DNA of 55,550 nt from an uncultured virus (IMG/VR IMGVR_UViG_3300010885_003339) (Duplodnaviria > Heunggongvirae > Uroviricota > Caudoviricetes): the IMG/VR virus record IMGVR_UViG_3300010885_003339; one strand, given 5' to 3'. Both the position numbers and the translations under genes were made by a program. This document shows positions 20,253 through 30,433 of this stretch, one piece after another. Numbering within the stretch: position 1 is the first letter of the stretch; every line of letters starts with the position of its first letter. Under the pieces are notes generated by a model. The model was not told where the DNA came from and did not search any database. It was given only the letters and a program-made list of their open reading frames with translations.

Positions 20253-20690
20253 ATGTTTTTACTCAACGGAACACCTTTAGCTTTGGACACACCTTTCACA
20301 GCTAATGATATTCAATATCCAGCCAACTGGCTAAGACTCGCATCACCAGAAGAACGAGCCGTAATCGGTATCACCGAAGCACCTGAACCAGAATACTATG
20401 ATGGTATGTTCTATTGGGGTGTAAACAATCCAAAAGATTTGACTCAACTGAAAACTCAATGGATCAGTCAGACAAACGCCTCAGCAAATGCTCGACTCTC
20501 AACGTCTGATTGGATGGTCGTTCGCAAAGCTGAAACTGGCACAAATATGCCTGTCGGTTGGTCAACATATCGTGCGGCTGTTAGAACTTATGCAAGCACC
20601 ACAACAACTGCCATCTCAAACTGTGCCGATGTTGAAGCTCTTATCGCTATTATAAATAGTATAGCATGGCCTGAAACACCAGAGGGATAA
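20253..20690 (+). CDS. Putative tail-fibre assembly chaperone
   Basis: QYPANWLRL.S.EER..IGI, L..SDW.VVR..E, YRAAVR, terminal WP. Confidence 0.6.
   Translation: MFLLNGTPLALDTPFTANDIQYPANWLRLASPEERAVIGITEAPEPEYYDGMFYWGVNNPKDLTQLKTQWISQTNASANARLSTSDWMVVRKAETGTNMPVGWSTYRAAVRTYASTTTTAISNCADVEALIAIINSIAWPETPEG
20651..20658 (+). promoter_or_regulatory. T4-type late promoter TATAAATA (for gp13)
   Basis: Exact consensus in the 3' end of the preceding ORF, 38 nt before the gp13 start. Confidence 0.75.
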
Positions 20691-20695
20691 ACTAA

Positions 20696-21439
20696 ATGGC
20701 ATTACCGGCTTCCAGAGAACAGATGAAAGATTGGTGCCTCAGAGACCTTGGTTTCCCTGTTATTGATATTAACGTAGATGATGATCAGGTAGATGACCGC
20801 ATCGATGAAGCATTCTCATATTTCCAACAATTCCATTTCGATGGTGTTGAACGCTGGTACTTGAAATATCAGATCACATCTACAGATATAGCTAATCAAT
20901 ACATCCCTATTCCAAACAGCATCATAGGTGTTAATCGCATCTTCCCTATCGGATCTACTAACGCATCGGTCAATATGTTTGACTTACGTTATCAGTTGCG
21001 ACTACATGAACTCTATGACTTCACCTCTACCTCATATGTCAATTATGTCTTGACACAACAGCATATTCGCACACTTGACATGCTTTTCTCAGGTGAAACA
21101 CCAATTCGTTTCAATCGCCATACAGGTAAACTTTACATCGATCAAAACTGGATCTCAGGTGTTCAGGTCGGTGAATGGATTATCATTGAAGGTTATATCA
21201 TTATTGATCCAAATACTTATACAAAGGTATATGGTGATCGTATGCTTCTGAAGTATGCTACCTCATTGATCAAGAAACAATGGGGTAACAACATGAAGAA
21301 GTTCGGTGGTATGCAACTTCCGGGTGGTATCACCATGAACGGCCAGACCATCTTTGATGAAGCGGTACAAGAGATTAAAGACATTGAAGCATTGATCAGA
21401 GATACTTTCGAAGAACCTCCCCAGTTTTTGGTAGGCTAA
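20696..21439 (+). CDS. gp13: Neck protein
   Basis: LGFPVIDINVDDDQVDDRIDEA, KKQWG.N..KF.GMQLPGG.T.NG; synteny. Confidence 0.92.
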   Translation: MALPASREQMKDWCLRDLGFPVIDINVDDDQVDDRIDEAFSYFQQFHFDGVERWYLKYQITSTDIANQYIPIPNSIIGVNRIFPIGSTNASVNMFDLRYQLRLHELYDFTSTSYVNYVLTQQHIRTLDMLFSGETPIRFNRHTGKLYIDQNWISGVQVGEWIIIEGYIIIDPNTYTKVYGDRMLLKYATSLIKKQWGNNMKKFGGMQLPGGITMNGQTIFDEAVQEIKDIEALIRDTFEEPPQFLVG

Positions 21440-21441
21440 TC

Positions 21442-22314
21442 ATGGCAGTCTCACATTATTTTAATAACTACGCCGCAAATCAGACGCCTCAGCAAAACCT
21501 GATGCAGGATGTTATTACTGAATCCATCAAGATTATGGGTCATAACATCTACTATCTTCCTAGAGAATCTTGGACGGGTGATGACACAATCTTTGGTGAG
21601 AACACAGGTTCAGCCTTCAATCGCGCATATTCAATGGAAATGTATCTAGCCAACGTAACTGGTTACGAAGGTGATGGTGACTTTTTCTCAAAGTTTGGTC
21701 TAGAAATCCGCGATACATCTAACTTCATTGTTGCGAGACCAACCTTTCAAAAGTATATGCCTACAAACATAGCAATCAGACCTAGAGAAGGTGATCTTCT
21801 TTTCGTTCCCGCTCTTCAAAAGATATGGGAAATCAAGTTCGTTGAAGAAGAATTGATGTTTTTCTCGCTTGGTCAGAGACAACCATATATCTATGAAATG
21901 CGTTGTGAATTGTTCCGTTATAGCAATGAGAACATCGATACTGGTGTGGCTGAAGTTGATCATGTTGAGCATACACTAGCCTATACCATTCAGTTGAATA
22001 TGAACCAAGGCACAAGTAACTATTATGCAAACGAACTGGTTTATCAGGGTGCAAACTTAGCATATTCTACAGCTAAGGCTGAAGTAAAAGAATGGGATCC
22101 GCAGACAAAAATTCTATTGCTAATGAATATCAAAGGTGATTTCGCCGCGAATACCAAATTGATTGGTGAAACGTCTAACACTAGATATAATGTAGCAGGT
22201 GTTGATACAATCGGCGACTATCTCGATTACGATATATATGATAATAGAGAGTTGCAGAATGAAGCTAACACATTCTTAGACCTCACAGAATCTAATCCGT
22301 TTGGGCAACCGTAA
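21442..22314 (+). CDS. gp14: Neck protein / head closure
   Basis: ESIKIMG..YYLPR, FFSKFGLEIRD, RPREGDL, ESNPFG; synteny. Confidence 0.92.
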   Translation: MAVSHYFNNYAANQTPQQNLMQDVITESIKIMGHNIYYLPRESWTGDDTIFGENTGSAFNRAYSMEMYLANVTGYEGDGDFFSKFGLEIRDTSNFIVARPTFQKYMPTNIAIRPREGDLLFVPALQKIWEIKFVEEELMFFSLGQRQPYIYEMRCELFRYSNENIDTGVAEVDHVEHTLAYTIQLNMNQGTSNYYANELVYQGANLAYSTAKAEVKEWDPQTKILLLMNIKGDFAANTKLIGETSNTRYNVAGVDTIGDYLDYDIYDNRELQNEANTFLDLTESNPFGQP

Positions 22315-23315
22315 TGTTAAGTAACAGATATTTTTATTTTCAGTTGACGAGAAAGTATGTTATCCTATTCGGTAACATGTTCAATAATATCACGCTCAAA
22401 CGTATAAACAGAGCAACAAATGTTGAAGTTGAACGCATCAAGATTCCTATCATCTATGCACCTAAAGAAAAGTATATTGCTCGCCTTAGGTCAGATCCAG
22501 ATTTGAATCGTGAGATTCAGGTGGCTCTGCCTCGTATGTCGTTTGAACTTCAATCGTTCACATATGACCCTACAAGAAAGCAGAACTCACTTCTAAAGAA
22601 AGCTACACCACTATCAAACTCTCAGGTATCATCTCAGTATGTCGGTGTTCCCTATGATTTGACTTTTGACTTGCATGTCTATACCAGAAACATTGATGAT
22701 GGTACACACATCGTTGAGCAGATCATTCCATACTTTAATCCCGATTATACCGTAACGGGTGTCATGATTCCTGAGATGGGATTCCTCAAAGATATTCCTA
22801 TCATCCTTAACTCTGTGACAAACGATATCGAACATGAAGGTAACTTCGATGCGGTTCGTTTCGTTACATGGAGACTGAACTTCACCATGAAGGTTCACTA
22901 TTACGGACCTGTTCAACCAGCTAATCTCATTCGCACAAGTAAATCAAATATCTTTAATGATCCGACATTGCAAACAGGTTACGTTATTAAGATCAATACA
23001 GATAATGGTAATGGCGCAAACTTTAAAGTATTGGATACCGTATATCAAGGTAACAACTATACAACAGCCACAGCATATGGTACAGTCATTTCATGGGATA
23101 ACAACAATAACAAGCTCACAATAGGTGGAGCCCAAGGTACGTTCCAGGCCAATAGCATTATCAACTCTGTATCAGCTAATGCACAATACAAAATTAATAG
23201 TTTCGACACATCACCAATTAAACTTGTTGGTATCAATGTTACACCTAAACCTAACACAGCCATTTCAAACTCTGCTTATGGTTACGATACAACCATAACC
23301 GAGTGGCCGTTTTGA
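22314..23315 (+). CDS. gp15: Tail sheath stabiliser/terminator
   Basis: FGNMFNNI, IPIIYAPKEK, LPRMSFE, QIIPYFNP. Confidence 0.92.
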   Translation: MLSNRYFYFQLTRKYVILFGNMFNNITLKRINRATNVEVERIKIPIIYAPKEKYIARLRSDPDLNREIQVALPRMSFELQSFTYDPTRKQNSLLKKATPLSNSQVSSQYVGVPYDLTFDLHVYTRNIDDGTHIVEQIIPYFNPDYTVTGVMIPEMGFLKDIPIILNSVTNDIEHEGNFDAVRFVTWRLNFTMKVHYYGPVQPANLIRTSKSNIFNDPTLQTGYVIKINTDNGNGANFKVLDTVYQGNNYTTATAYGTVISWDNNNNKLTIGGAQGTFQANSIINSVSANAQYKINSFDTSPIKLVGINVTPKPNTAISNSAYGYDTTITEWPF

Positions 23316-23340
23316 CTTTGAATATAAATGATGAGGTTCA

Positions 23341-23763
23341 ATGATGAGAGATAATATATTTATAGGTTATGCTGCTAATGATGGTTCAGGTGATACTCTC
23401 AGAACCGCTTTTACCAAAACTAACAATAATTTCATAGAACTATACAGTAATACACAGTATGTAAATGCAGACTATGCTCTCAAAATTACAGATGTGAACC
23501 AGATGTTATATGTTACCGCTGCTGGCATTGGTGCAAGAATACATATTCCTAATACAGGTCAAGTGCCATTTCCAGATGGCACGATAATCAGAATCATATC
23601 AAATTCTACCGGTAATGTTGTTGTTTCACCAAATGGTAGTGTATCACTGTATAAGTCAGGTAATAGCGTTTCAACCAGTAGAAACGTGACAACTTATAGT
23701 GTAGGTACATTATACAGCCCAACGTCTAATGTGTGGTATATTGAAGGTAATAGTATTGTATAA
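23341..23763 (+). CDS. Short virion protein with gp9/gp10-like N-terminal anchor
   Basis: IGYAANDGSGDTLRTAFTKTNNNFIELY resembles the N-terminus of T4 gp9/gp10; TATAAATG at 23323. Confidence 0.6.
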   Translation: MMRDNIFIGYAANDGSGDTLRTAFTKTNNNFIELYSNTQYVNADYALKITDVNQMLYVTAAGIGARIHIPNTGQVPFPDGTIIRIISNSTGNVVVSPNGSVSLYKSGNSVSTSRNVTTYSVGTLYSPTSNVWYIEGNSIV

Positions 23764-24188
23764 TGAAAACCCATGACGCACTATCAGAGGCCCTAGGTAT
23801 AGAACATGAGCCTGAAACACCACCTTCTGTAGTTATCGAAACAACTGTGGTTGAAGATGTTGGAACCGAGGATCAACAGGCTGATTATGCTCTGGCCCGT
23901 AAGACATTCCGCGCTTTGATTGATAAAGGCAATAATGCTATCGAAGATTTGACCGATTTGGCTAAGCAGAGCGAAAGCCCTAGAGCCTATGAAGTCTTGT
24001 CAACTTTGATGAAAACTGTAGCAGATACAACCAAAGACCTCTATGATCTTCAGAAAAAGACGAAAGACCTAAATAAAGAGGATAAGGTTAGACCACAAGA
24101 TGAACAACGCATCAATGTAGAGAAGGCTGTCTTTATTGGATCTACCGCAGAACTATTAAAACAGGTTAAGGCTAATGAAAACATTTAA
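23763..24188 (+). CDS. gp16: Terminase small subunit
   Basis: DY..AR, SESPRAYEV, VFIGSTAELLK. Confidence 0.9.
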   Translation: MKTHDALSEALGIEHEPETPPSVVIETTVVEDVGTEDQQADYALARKTFRALIDKGNNAIEDLTDLAKQSESPRAYEVLSTLMKTVADTTKDLYDLQKKTKDLNKEDKVRPQDEQRINVEKAVFIGSTAELLKQVKANENI

Positions 24189-24609
24189 ACAGTTCATGAA
24201 AGAAAGTTCTGATGAATTGACAGGATCAACTCACAGTATCATTGATGGTTTAAACCGTGGTAAAAACGCTCTCATGAATAATCAAAACCATATTCATGCT
24301 AAGATAATTGATCAAAAAAATCTTAAACCTTTAACCAAAGATGAGGCAGATGAGCATGATAGAGTTGCCGACGAGGCTCGAAAAAAGGGTGATTATTTTT
24401 CAGGAAGCACATTCGGCAATTCAAAGAACAGATATAGTGTCGCTCATGCTATCAATCATGCTGAGTCTGTTCCTACTCATAAAATTTCCACAAAAGGTTT
24501 TGTGTCTCAGCAAGTGAATGATCATTGGCAAGGCGACATAAAAAGAGCAAAAAGAGCTATTCCATCTAAAAATAATCCTATTCTAATCATGAAGCATACC
24601 GATGCCTAG
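24175..24609 (+). CDS. Putative capsid-internal protein (possibly C-terminally truncated)
   Basis: N-terminus MKTFKQFMKE resembles the T4 internal-protein capsid targeting sequence; His/Lys-rich; overlaps both terminase genes. Confidence 0.55.
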   Translation: MKTFKQFMKESSDELTGSTHSIIDGLNRGKNALMNNQNHIHAKIIDQKNLKPLTKDEADEHDRVADEARKKGDYFSGSTFGNSKNRYSVAHAINHAESVPTHKISTKGFVSQQVNDHWQGDIKRAKRAIPSKNNPILIMKHTDA

Positions 24610-26278
24610 ATACGAAGGTTATCAAGGTAACCCTAATCTACCTAGAGAAGATTACATTCACTCATTCACTCAGTATGAGATTGATGAGTTCATTAAGTGT
24701 GCGAATGATCCTATTTACTTTGCTACCAAGTATATGAAGATTGTCAACGTCGATCACGGTTTGATACCTTTCAAGATGTGGGACTTTCAGAAAGAAATGC
24801 TCACCACATTTCATGAGAACCGCTTCTCTATCTGTAAACTACCTCGACAGGTTGGTAAGACAACAACCGCTGTAGCATTTTTGCTTCACTTCATTCTTTT
24901 TAGTGAATCTGTAAGCATCGCCATTCTCGCCAATAAGTCTAGCACTGCTCGTGAAATTCTAGGTAGACTTCAACTTGCTTTCGAATACCTACCTAGGTTT
25001 TTACAGCAAGGTATTAAAGAATGGAATAAAGGTTCTATCGAACTTGCTAATGGGTCTAGAGCAATCGCCGATTCAACTTCAGGTTCATCTGTCCGTGGTA
25101 GAACATTCAACGTCATCTTCCTTGACGAGTTTGCATTCGTACCGAACAACATTGCTGAAGCCTTCTTCATGTCAACCTACCCTACAATTTCTTCTGGTTC
25201 AAATACGAAGGTTATTATCGTCTCTACACCAAACGGTATGAATCTGTTCTATAGAATGTGGATGGATGCGGTCGAGAAGCGAAGCGACTATCTTCCAATC
25301 GAGATTCACTGGTCGATGGTTCCAGGCAGAACGCAAGAATGGAAAGAGCAGGTCATCAGAAACACATCCGAAGATCAGTTCCGGCAAGAGTTTGAGTGTG
25401 AGTTCATTGGTTCTACAAATACACTCATTCATCCAACTAAGATCAGAACACTGGTGTTCCAGAACCCTATCACAAAAGAAAACTATCTAGATATCTATGA
25501 GGTGCCTCAGATTGGTAAAACCTATCTCATATCCGTAGATGTGGCTGAAGGTCAGGAGAAAGACTACTCCACCTTCTCTGTTATAGATGTGACTCAGATA
25601 CCATATAAACAAGTGGCTAAATATCGAAACAACAAGATTGCACCAATGCTCTATCCAACCGTCATCTATACAGCGGCCAGAAAGTATAATGATGCCTTTG
25701 TATTGGTTGAAATCAACAGTATCGGTATGCAAGTAGCAGACATTCTACATAATGAACTAGCCTATGAAAACTTAATCAAGATTAGAAACGCTAAAGGTAA
25801 AGTAGGTCAGCAAGTAACACCAGGTTATACCAAGCAAATGCAGTTTGGTCTAAAGCAATCGGTTCAAACCAAGAAGATCGGTTGTGCCAACTTAAAGTCG
25901 TTGATTGAAAACGATAAGTTAATCATCAATGATGCTGATACTATCATGGAACTAACTACCTTCTCAGAACATAAGACCAGCTTTGCGGCTGAAGAAGGTA
26001 ATAATGACGATCTCGTGATGACTTTGGTTAACTTCGGTTGGCTCACCTCACAAAGATACTTCAAAGAAAATCTACAAAACGATATTCGTGCGGTATTGCA
26101 ACATGAGCAATTCCAGCTTATGGATCAAGACACTGTACCTTTTGGTATCATTGATAATGGTCTAAAAGACGATATGGAGGTTGATGTTGATGGTGATCTA
26201 TGGATAACAGAACGTAAAAAGTTTTGGGCTTTCGATGAGATTGAATGGGACACACTTACAAACAAACACAGGTTATGA
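24602..26278 (+). CDS. gp17: Terminase large subunit
   Basis: PRQVGKTT Walker A, IFLDEFAF Walker B, STPNG, VDVAEG..DYS and DDLVM nuclease motifs. Confidence 0.97.
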   Translation: MPRYEGYQGNPNLPREDYIHSFTQYEIDEFIKCANDPIYFATKYMKIVNVDHGLIPFKMWDFQKEMLTTFHENRFSICKLPRQVGKTTTAVAFLLHFILFSESVSIAILANKSSTAREILGRLQLAFEYLPRFLQQGIKEWNKGSIELANGSRAIADSTSGSSVRGRTFNVIFLDEFAFVPNNIAEAFFMSTYPTISSGSNTKVIIVSTPNGMNLFYRMWMDAVEKRSDYLPIEIHWSMVPGRTQEWKEQVIRNTSEDQFRQEFECEFIGSTNTLIHPTKIRTLVFQNPITKENYLDIYEVPQIGKTYLISVDVAEGQEKDYSTFSVIDVTQIPYKQVAKYRNNKIAPMLYPTVIYTAARKYNDAFVLVEINSIGMQVADILHNELAYENLIKIRNAKGKVGQQVTPGYTKQMQFGLKQSVQTKKIGCANLKSLIENDKLIINDADTIMELTTFSEHKTSFAAEEGNNDDLVMTLVNFGWLTSQRYFKENLQNDIRAVLQHEQFQLMDQDTVPFGIIDNGLKDDMEVDVDGDLWITERKKFWAFDEIEWDTLTNKHRL

Positions 26279-26355
26279 TTTGGTGACTATAAATCTTGGT
26301 TTTTCTAAATAATAATATGGAAAGTAATAAAACTTTTTCGTAAAGGAGAAATACG

Positions 26356-28074
26356 ATGGCATTCCAACTGTCAGCAGGAGTAAGCGTTTCCGAAATCGAC
26401 CTAACTACAATCGTTCCAGCCGTAGGCACCACAGAAGGTGGTTTCGCTGGCAACTTTGCTTGGGGCCCAGTCGATCAGGTAATGACACTCTCAAATGAAC
26501 TCGAACTGGTTGAGAGATTCGGTAAACCAGATAGCACTACATATATCTCATTCTTCACCGCCGCAAACTTTCTGTCATATGCAAGAGCATTAAGAACCGT
26601 TCGTGTTGTTGGTGCTGGAGCCACTAATGCGACCGCAAATGGCGGCGGCGTTCTAATTAAGAATAAAGATGTATATGAAAACTTATACTTCGGTGTAGCT
26701 GCCAACACCAATAATACATATGGTGTTGCTGCCGCTCGTTATCCGGGTGAACTTGGTAATTCACTTAAAGTTGAAATCTATGGGCAATCAAATGTATCTT
26801 CAGCAACATTCGGTACTTGGGCATATAATCAAAACTTTAACGGACCTCCAGGAACATCTGATTATGTTAGGCGTGTGGCAAGTTCATCTGCAAATGATGA
26901 AATGCATATCGTTGTTCTCGATAAAAACGGAGTATTTAGTGGTACAGCTAACTCGGTTCTTGAGAGATACGGTTATGTTTCTAAAGCTCGTGATGCCATC
27001 AACGATGACGGCTCATCAAACTACTATGTTAACGTAATCAATGAGAGATCAAAATATATCTACATCATGTCACATCCTACAACCCCATTCTATAACTGGG
27101 GTATAGCGGCCACATCAAATGCAAGTATTATGTATGACAATATTCAATATTCAAATGCTTTGGCTAACGGTGTCACAAGCGCACCTTCAAGCGCCAATCT
27201 TATCTCTGGTTTTGACAAGTTCAAGAACCCAGAAGAAATTGACGTTTCTCTGATTCTAACAGGTGATGTTGGTGCTAACTCAACCATAGCGTCATACATC
27301 ATTAATAATATCTGTGAAGTTCGTAAAGATTGCGTAGCGTTCTTCTCACCAAAAGCAGTTGATGTTGTTAACCAAACGGCTGGAACTGAAGCAAATGCGG
27401 CTATTACATTCCGTAATGCGTTCAACTCATCTTCATATGCTGTAATGGACTCAGCATGGAAGTATCAATTCGACAAGTATAACAATGTCTATCGTTGGGT
27501 ACCTCTCAACGGTGATATTGCTGGTCTATGCGCTCGTACCGACTTTGAGCGTGATCCATGGTTCTCACCAGCTGGTTTCAATCGCGGTAATATCAAGAAT
27601 GCTGCCAGACTTTCTTGGAATCCAACTAAAGCTGAAAGAGATTTACTCTATAAGAATGGTATCAACCCAGTTGTAACATTCCCCGGAGAAGGTATCGTTC
27701 TCTATGGTGACAAGACTCTTCTTGCAAAACCATCTGCGTTCGATAGAATCAATGTTCGTCGCCTCTTTATCGTTCTTGAAAAGGCTATTGCTAGAGCGTC
27801 ACGTTATTCGTTGTTCGAGTTCAACGATGAATTTACACGCGCTCAGTTCGTAGCCCTTGTTGAGCCGTTCTTGAGAGATGTTCAAGGTCGTCGCGGTATC
27901 TATGATTTCCGCGTAGTCTGCGATGAAACAAACAATACTCCTGAAGTTATTGACAGAAATGAGTTTGTTGGTGATATCTACATCAAGCCTGCCCGTTCTG
28001 TTAACTTCATCCAACTCAACTTTGTTGCTGTAAGAACCGGTGTTGCATTTGATGAAATTGTTGGTAAATTCTAA
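26356..28074 (+). CDS. gp18: Tail sheath protein
   Basis: GVSVSEIDLT, PWFSPAGFNRG, FDRINVRRLF, IYIKPARSVNFI; AAGGAG SD; TCTAAATA at 26304. Confidence 0.97.
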   Translation: MAFQLSAGVSVSEIDLTTIVPAVGTTEGGFAGNFAWGPVDQVMTLSNELELVERFGKPDSTTYISFFTAANFLSYARALRTVRVVGAGATNATANGGGVLIKNKDVYENLYFGVAANTNNTYGVAAARYPGELGNSLKVEIYGQSNVSSATFGTWAYNQNFNGPPGTSDYVRRVASSSANDEMHIVVLDKNGVFSGTANSVLERYGYVSKARDAINDDGSSNYYVNVINERSKYIYIMSHPTTPFYNWGIAATSNASIMYDNIQYSNALANGVTSAPSSANLISGFDKFKNPEEIDVSLILTGDVGANSTIASYIINNICEVRKDCVAFFSPKAVDVVNQTAGTEANAAITFRNAFNSSSYAVMDSAWKYQFDKYNNVYRWVPLNGDIAGLCARTDFERDPWFSPAGFNRGNIKNAARLSWNPTKAERDLLYKNGINPVVTFPGEGIVLYGDKTLLAKPSAFDRINVRRLFIVLEKAIARASRYSLFEFNDEFTRAQFVALVEPFLRDVQGRRGIYDFRVVCDETNNTPEVIDRNEFVGDIYIKPARSVNFIQLNFVAVRTGVAFDEIVGKF

Positions 28075-28109
28075 GAAGTCAGATAAATAAAGTAAAGGAG
28101 TAATTTAAA

Positions 28110-28715
28110 ATGGCTTTCAGAGTTCAAGAATTTAGATCACAGATGCAATATGATGGGGCCCGCCCTAATCTGTTTCAATGTGAAATGACATTCCCCTTCC
28201 TCTCTCGTGTAGAAGGGGACCCTCAGAGAAAGTTTACTTTTATGTGTCGTGCGGCTCAACTTCCCGGCACATCAATCAATAGTATACCTGTCATGTATTT
28301 TGGTCGTGAATTGAAGTTTGCTGGTAACAGAAGCTTCCCAGAATGGACAGTTACAATCATCAACGATGAAGATTTTGTTATCCGTAAAGCTTGTGAGCGT
28401 TGGATCAATGGCATGAACTCTCATGTTGGCAACCTTCGTGATCCGCAATTTACAAACGGTCAAGGCTCAAGTAGCCTAGGCGGCGCCGGTCAGATTGCAA
28501 GTCTTGGTTATCAACAGGATGGTTATGTCACTCAGTTCGCTAAGACTGGTGATGCTATCAAAGCTTATAAGTTTGTTGGTATGTTCCCGATTGACGTATC
28601 ACCAATCGACGTTGATTGGGGTTCAAACGATAATATCGAAGAGTATGCTGTGACATTTGCCTATCAGTGGTGGGAATCTGATGATGATAATCCTACAACC
28701 GACGTTTCCGGTTAA
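28110..28715 (+). CDS. gp19: Tail tube protein
   Basis: GARPNLF, GRELKFAGNR.F..WTVTIINDEDF, IEEYAVTFAYQWW. Confidence 0.95.
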   Translation: MAFRVQEFRSQMQYDGARPNLFQCEMTFPFLSRVEGDPQRKFTFMCRAAQLPGTSINSIPVMYFGRELKFAGNRSFPEWTVTIINDEDFVIRKACERWINGMNSHVGNLRDPQFTNGQGSSSLGGAGQIASLGYQQDGYVTQFAKTGDAIKAYKFVGMFPIDVSPIDVDWGSNDNIEEYAVTFAYQWWESDDDNPTTDVSG

Positions 28716-28729
28716 TCATATATAAAACA

Positions 28730-28760
28730 GGGGAGAGTTTTTAGGCTCTCCCCATTTTAT
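28730..28760 (+). terminator. Intrinsic terminator after gp19
   Basis: GGGGAGAG/CTCTCCCC stem followed by ATTTTAT. Confidence 0.7.
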
Positions 28761-28774
28761 AAAGGTATTTTTTA

Positions 28775-30433
28775 ATGGTGCAACTCTTTGGCTTCGAAAT
28801 AGGCCGTTCTAAGAAAAAGCAAGATGATGAGGTCAACAAATCGTTTGTGATTCCACAAAACGATGACGGTGCGGTGCAGATTCAATCTGGTTCTTATTAC
28901 GGTACCTATGTTGATCTTGACGGCGTTGTTAGAAATGAAATCGAACTCATCACCCGCTATCGTGAAATGTCGATGCAGCCAGAAATGGAAACTGCTGTCG
29001 ATGAAGTCGTCAATGAAGCTATTGTAAATACCGATTCTGATAAAGGTATTGAACTCAATCTCGATGACTTGAAGCAACCCGAAGCCATTAAGAAAAAAAT
29101 TATCGACGAGTTCAATCAGATTCTCAGATTGCTCAACTTTGGTAACATGGGTCATGATATCTTCCGCCGTTGGTATATCGACGGCCGTCTGTTCTATCAT
29201 ATTATCGTTGAAGATGGTTCAATCTCTAAAGGTATTCAAGAAGTTAGATATATCGATCCAAGAAGAATCCGTAAGATCCGCGAGATTCAAAAAGGCAAAG
29301 ACGTTAAAACTGGTATCGAGATCATCAAGAGAACCAATGAATACTATCTCTATAATGAGCGTGGTGTTATTGGCGCACATTCTAACATGGGCACCAAGAT
29401 CGCCGTTGATTCTGTTGTTAATGTTAACTCAGGTCTGATGGATGCCAAGAGAGCGATGGTTCTCTCATACCTACACAAATCAATTAAGCCTCTTAACCAG
29501 CTTCGCATGGTTGAAGATGCGGCAGTTATCTATCGTCTATCACGCGCACCTGAACGCAGAATCTTCTATGTTGATGTTGGTAACATGCCTACAGTTAAGG
29601 CTGATCAATATCTTAAAGACATTATGACCAAGTATCGTAACAAGCTGGTCTATGATTCTAGCACCGGTGAAATTAAAGATGATCGTAAACATCTTTCTAT
29701 GCTCGAAGATTTCTGGTTGCCTCGCCGTGAAGGTTCTAAAGGCACAGAGATCACTACACTTCCAGGTGGTGCCAATCTTGGTGAACTGGAAGATGTTAAG
29801 TATTTTGAAAAGAAACTATATAAGTCATTAGGTGTTCCAACATCAAGACTAGAATCGTCTCAGGGTTTCTCACTGGGTCGTTCTACAGAAATTACCAGAG
29901 ATGAGTTGAAGTTCAATAAGTTCATCAGCCGTCTCCGCAATAAGTTTTCTATTCTATTCGATGATCTTCTACGCATTCAGTTAGTTCTGAAGAAGGTCTG
30001 CACAGAAGAAGAATGGAATGATTTCAAAGAAGATATCTGGTACGACTTCAAGAAAGACAACAACTTTGATGAACTCAAGGAAGCTGAACTTCTTACAAAT
30101 AGATTGACACTGCTACAGGTTGTTGATCCTTATGTTGGTCGTTACTTCTCGAAAGAATGGGTTCGCAAAAACGTTCTTCAATTCAGTGATGAAGATATCA
30201 TGGAGATTGATGAACAGATTGCTACTGAAGCACAAGATGCTCAGCCTACAATGGATGCAATGGGTAATCCTATTGACCCCGCTACAGGTCAACCACTAGC
30301 ACCACCGGCACAACAAGGAGCGCCTCCTGTCGGTCCAAACGGTCAACCTATTGATCCCGCCACTGGCCAAGAAGCTCCGCCGCCACCTCCACCTAAGTTT
30401 GAAATTCGTGGTAATGAAATGGAAGCCGCATGA
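28775..30433 (+). CDS. gp20: Portal vertex protein
   Basis: RRWYIDGR, IYRLSRAPERRIFYVDVGN, MLEDFWLPRREG, TEITRDELKF; Pro/Gln-rich tail with PIDPATGQ twice. Confidence 0.97.
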   Translation: MVQLFGFEIGRSKKKQDDEVNKSFVIPQNDDGAVQIQSGSYYGTYVDLDGVVRNEIELITRYREMSMQPEMETAVDEVVNEAIVNTDSDKGIELNLDDLKQPEAIKKKIIDEFNQILRLLNFGNMGHDIFRRWYIDGRLFYHIIVEDGSISKGIQEVRYIDPRRIRKIREIQKGKDVKTGIEIIKRTNEYYLYNERGVIGAHSNMGTKIAVDSVVNVNSGLMDAKRAMVLSYLHKSIKPLNQLRMVEDAAVIYRLSRAPERRIFYVDVGNMPTVKADQYLKDIMTKYRNKLVYDSSTGEIKDDRKHLSMLEDFWLPRREGSKGTEITTLPGGANLGELEDVKYFEKKLYKSLGVPTSRLESSQGFSLGRSTEITRDELKFNKFISRLRNKFSILFDDLLRIQLVLKKVCTEEEWNDFKEDIWYDFKKDNNFDELKEAELLTNRLTLLQVVDPYVGRYFSKEWVRKNVLQFSDEDIMEIDEQIATEAQDAQPTMDAMGNPIDPATGQPLAPPAQQGAPPVGPNGQPIDPATGQEAPPPPPPKFEIRGNEMEAA

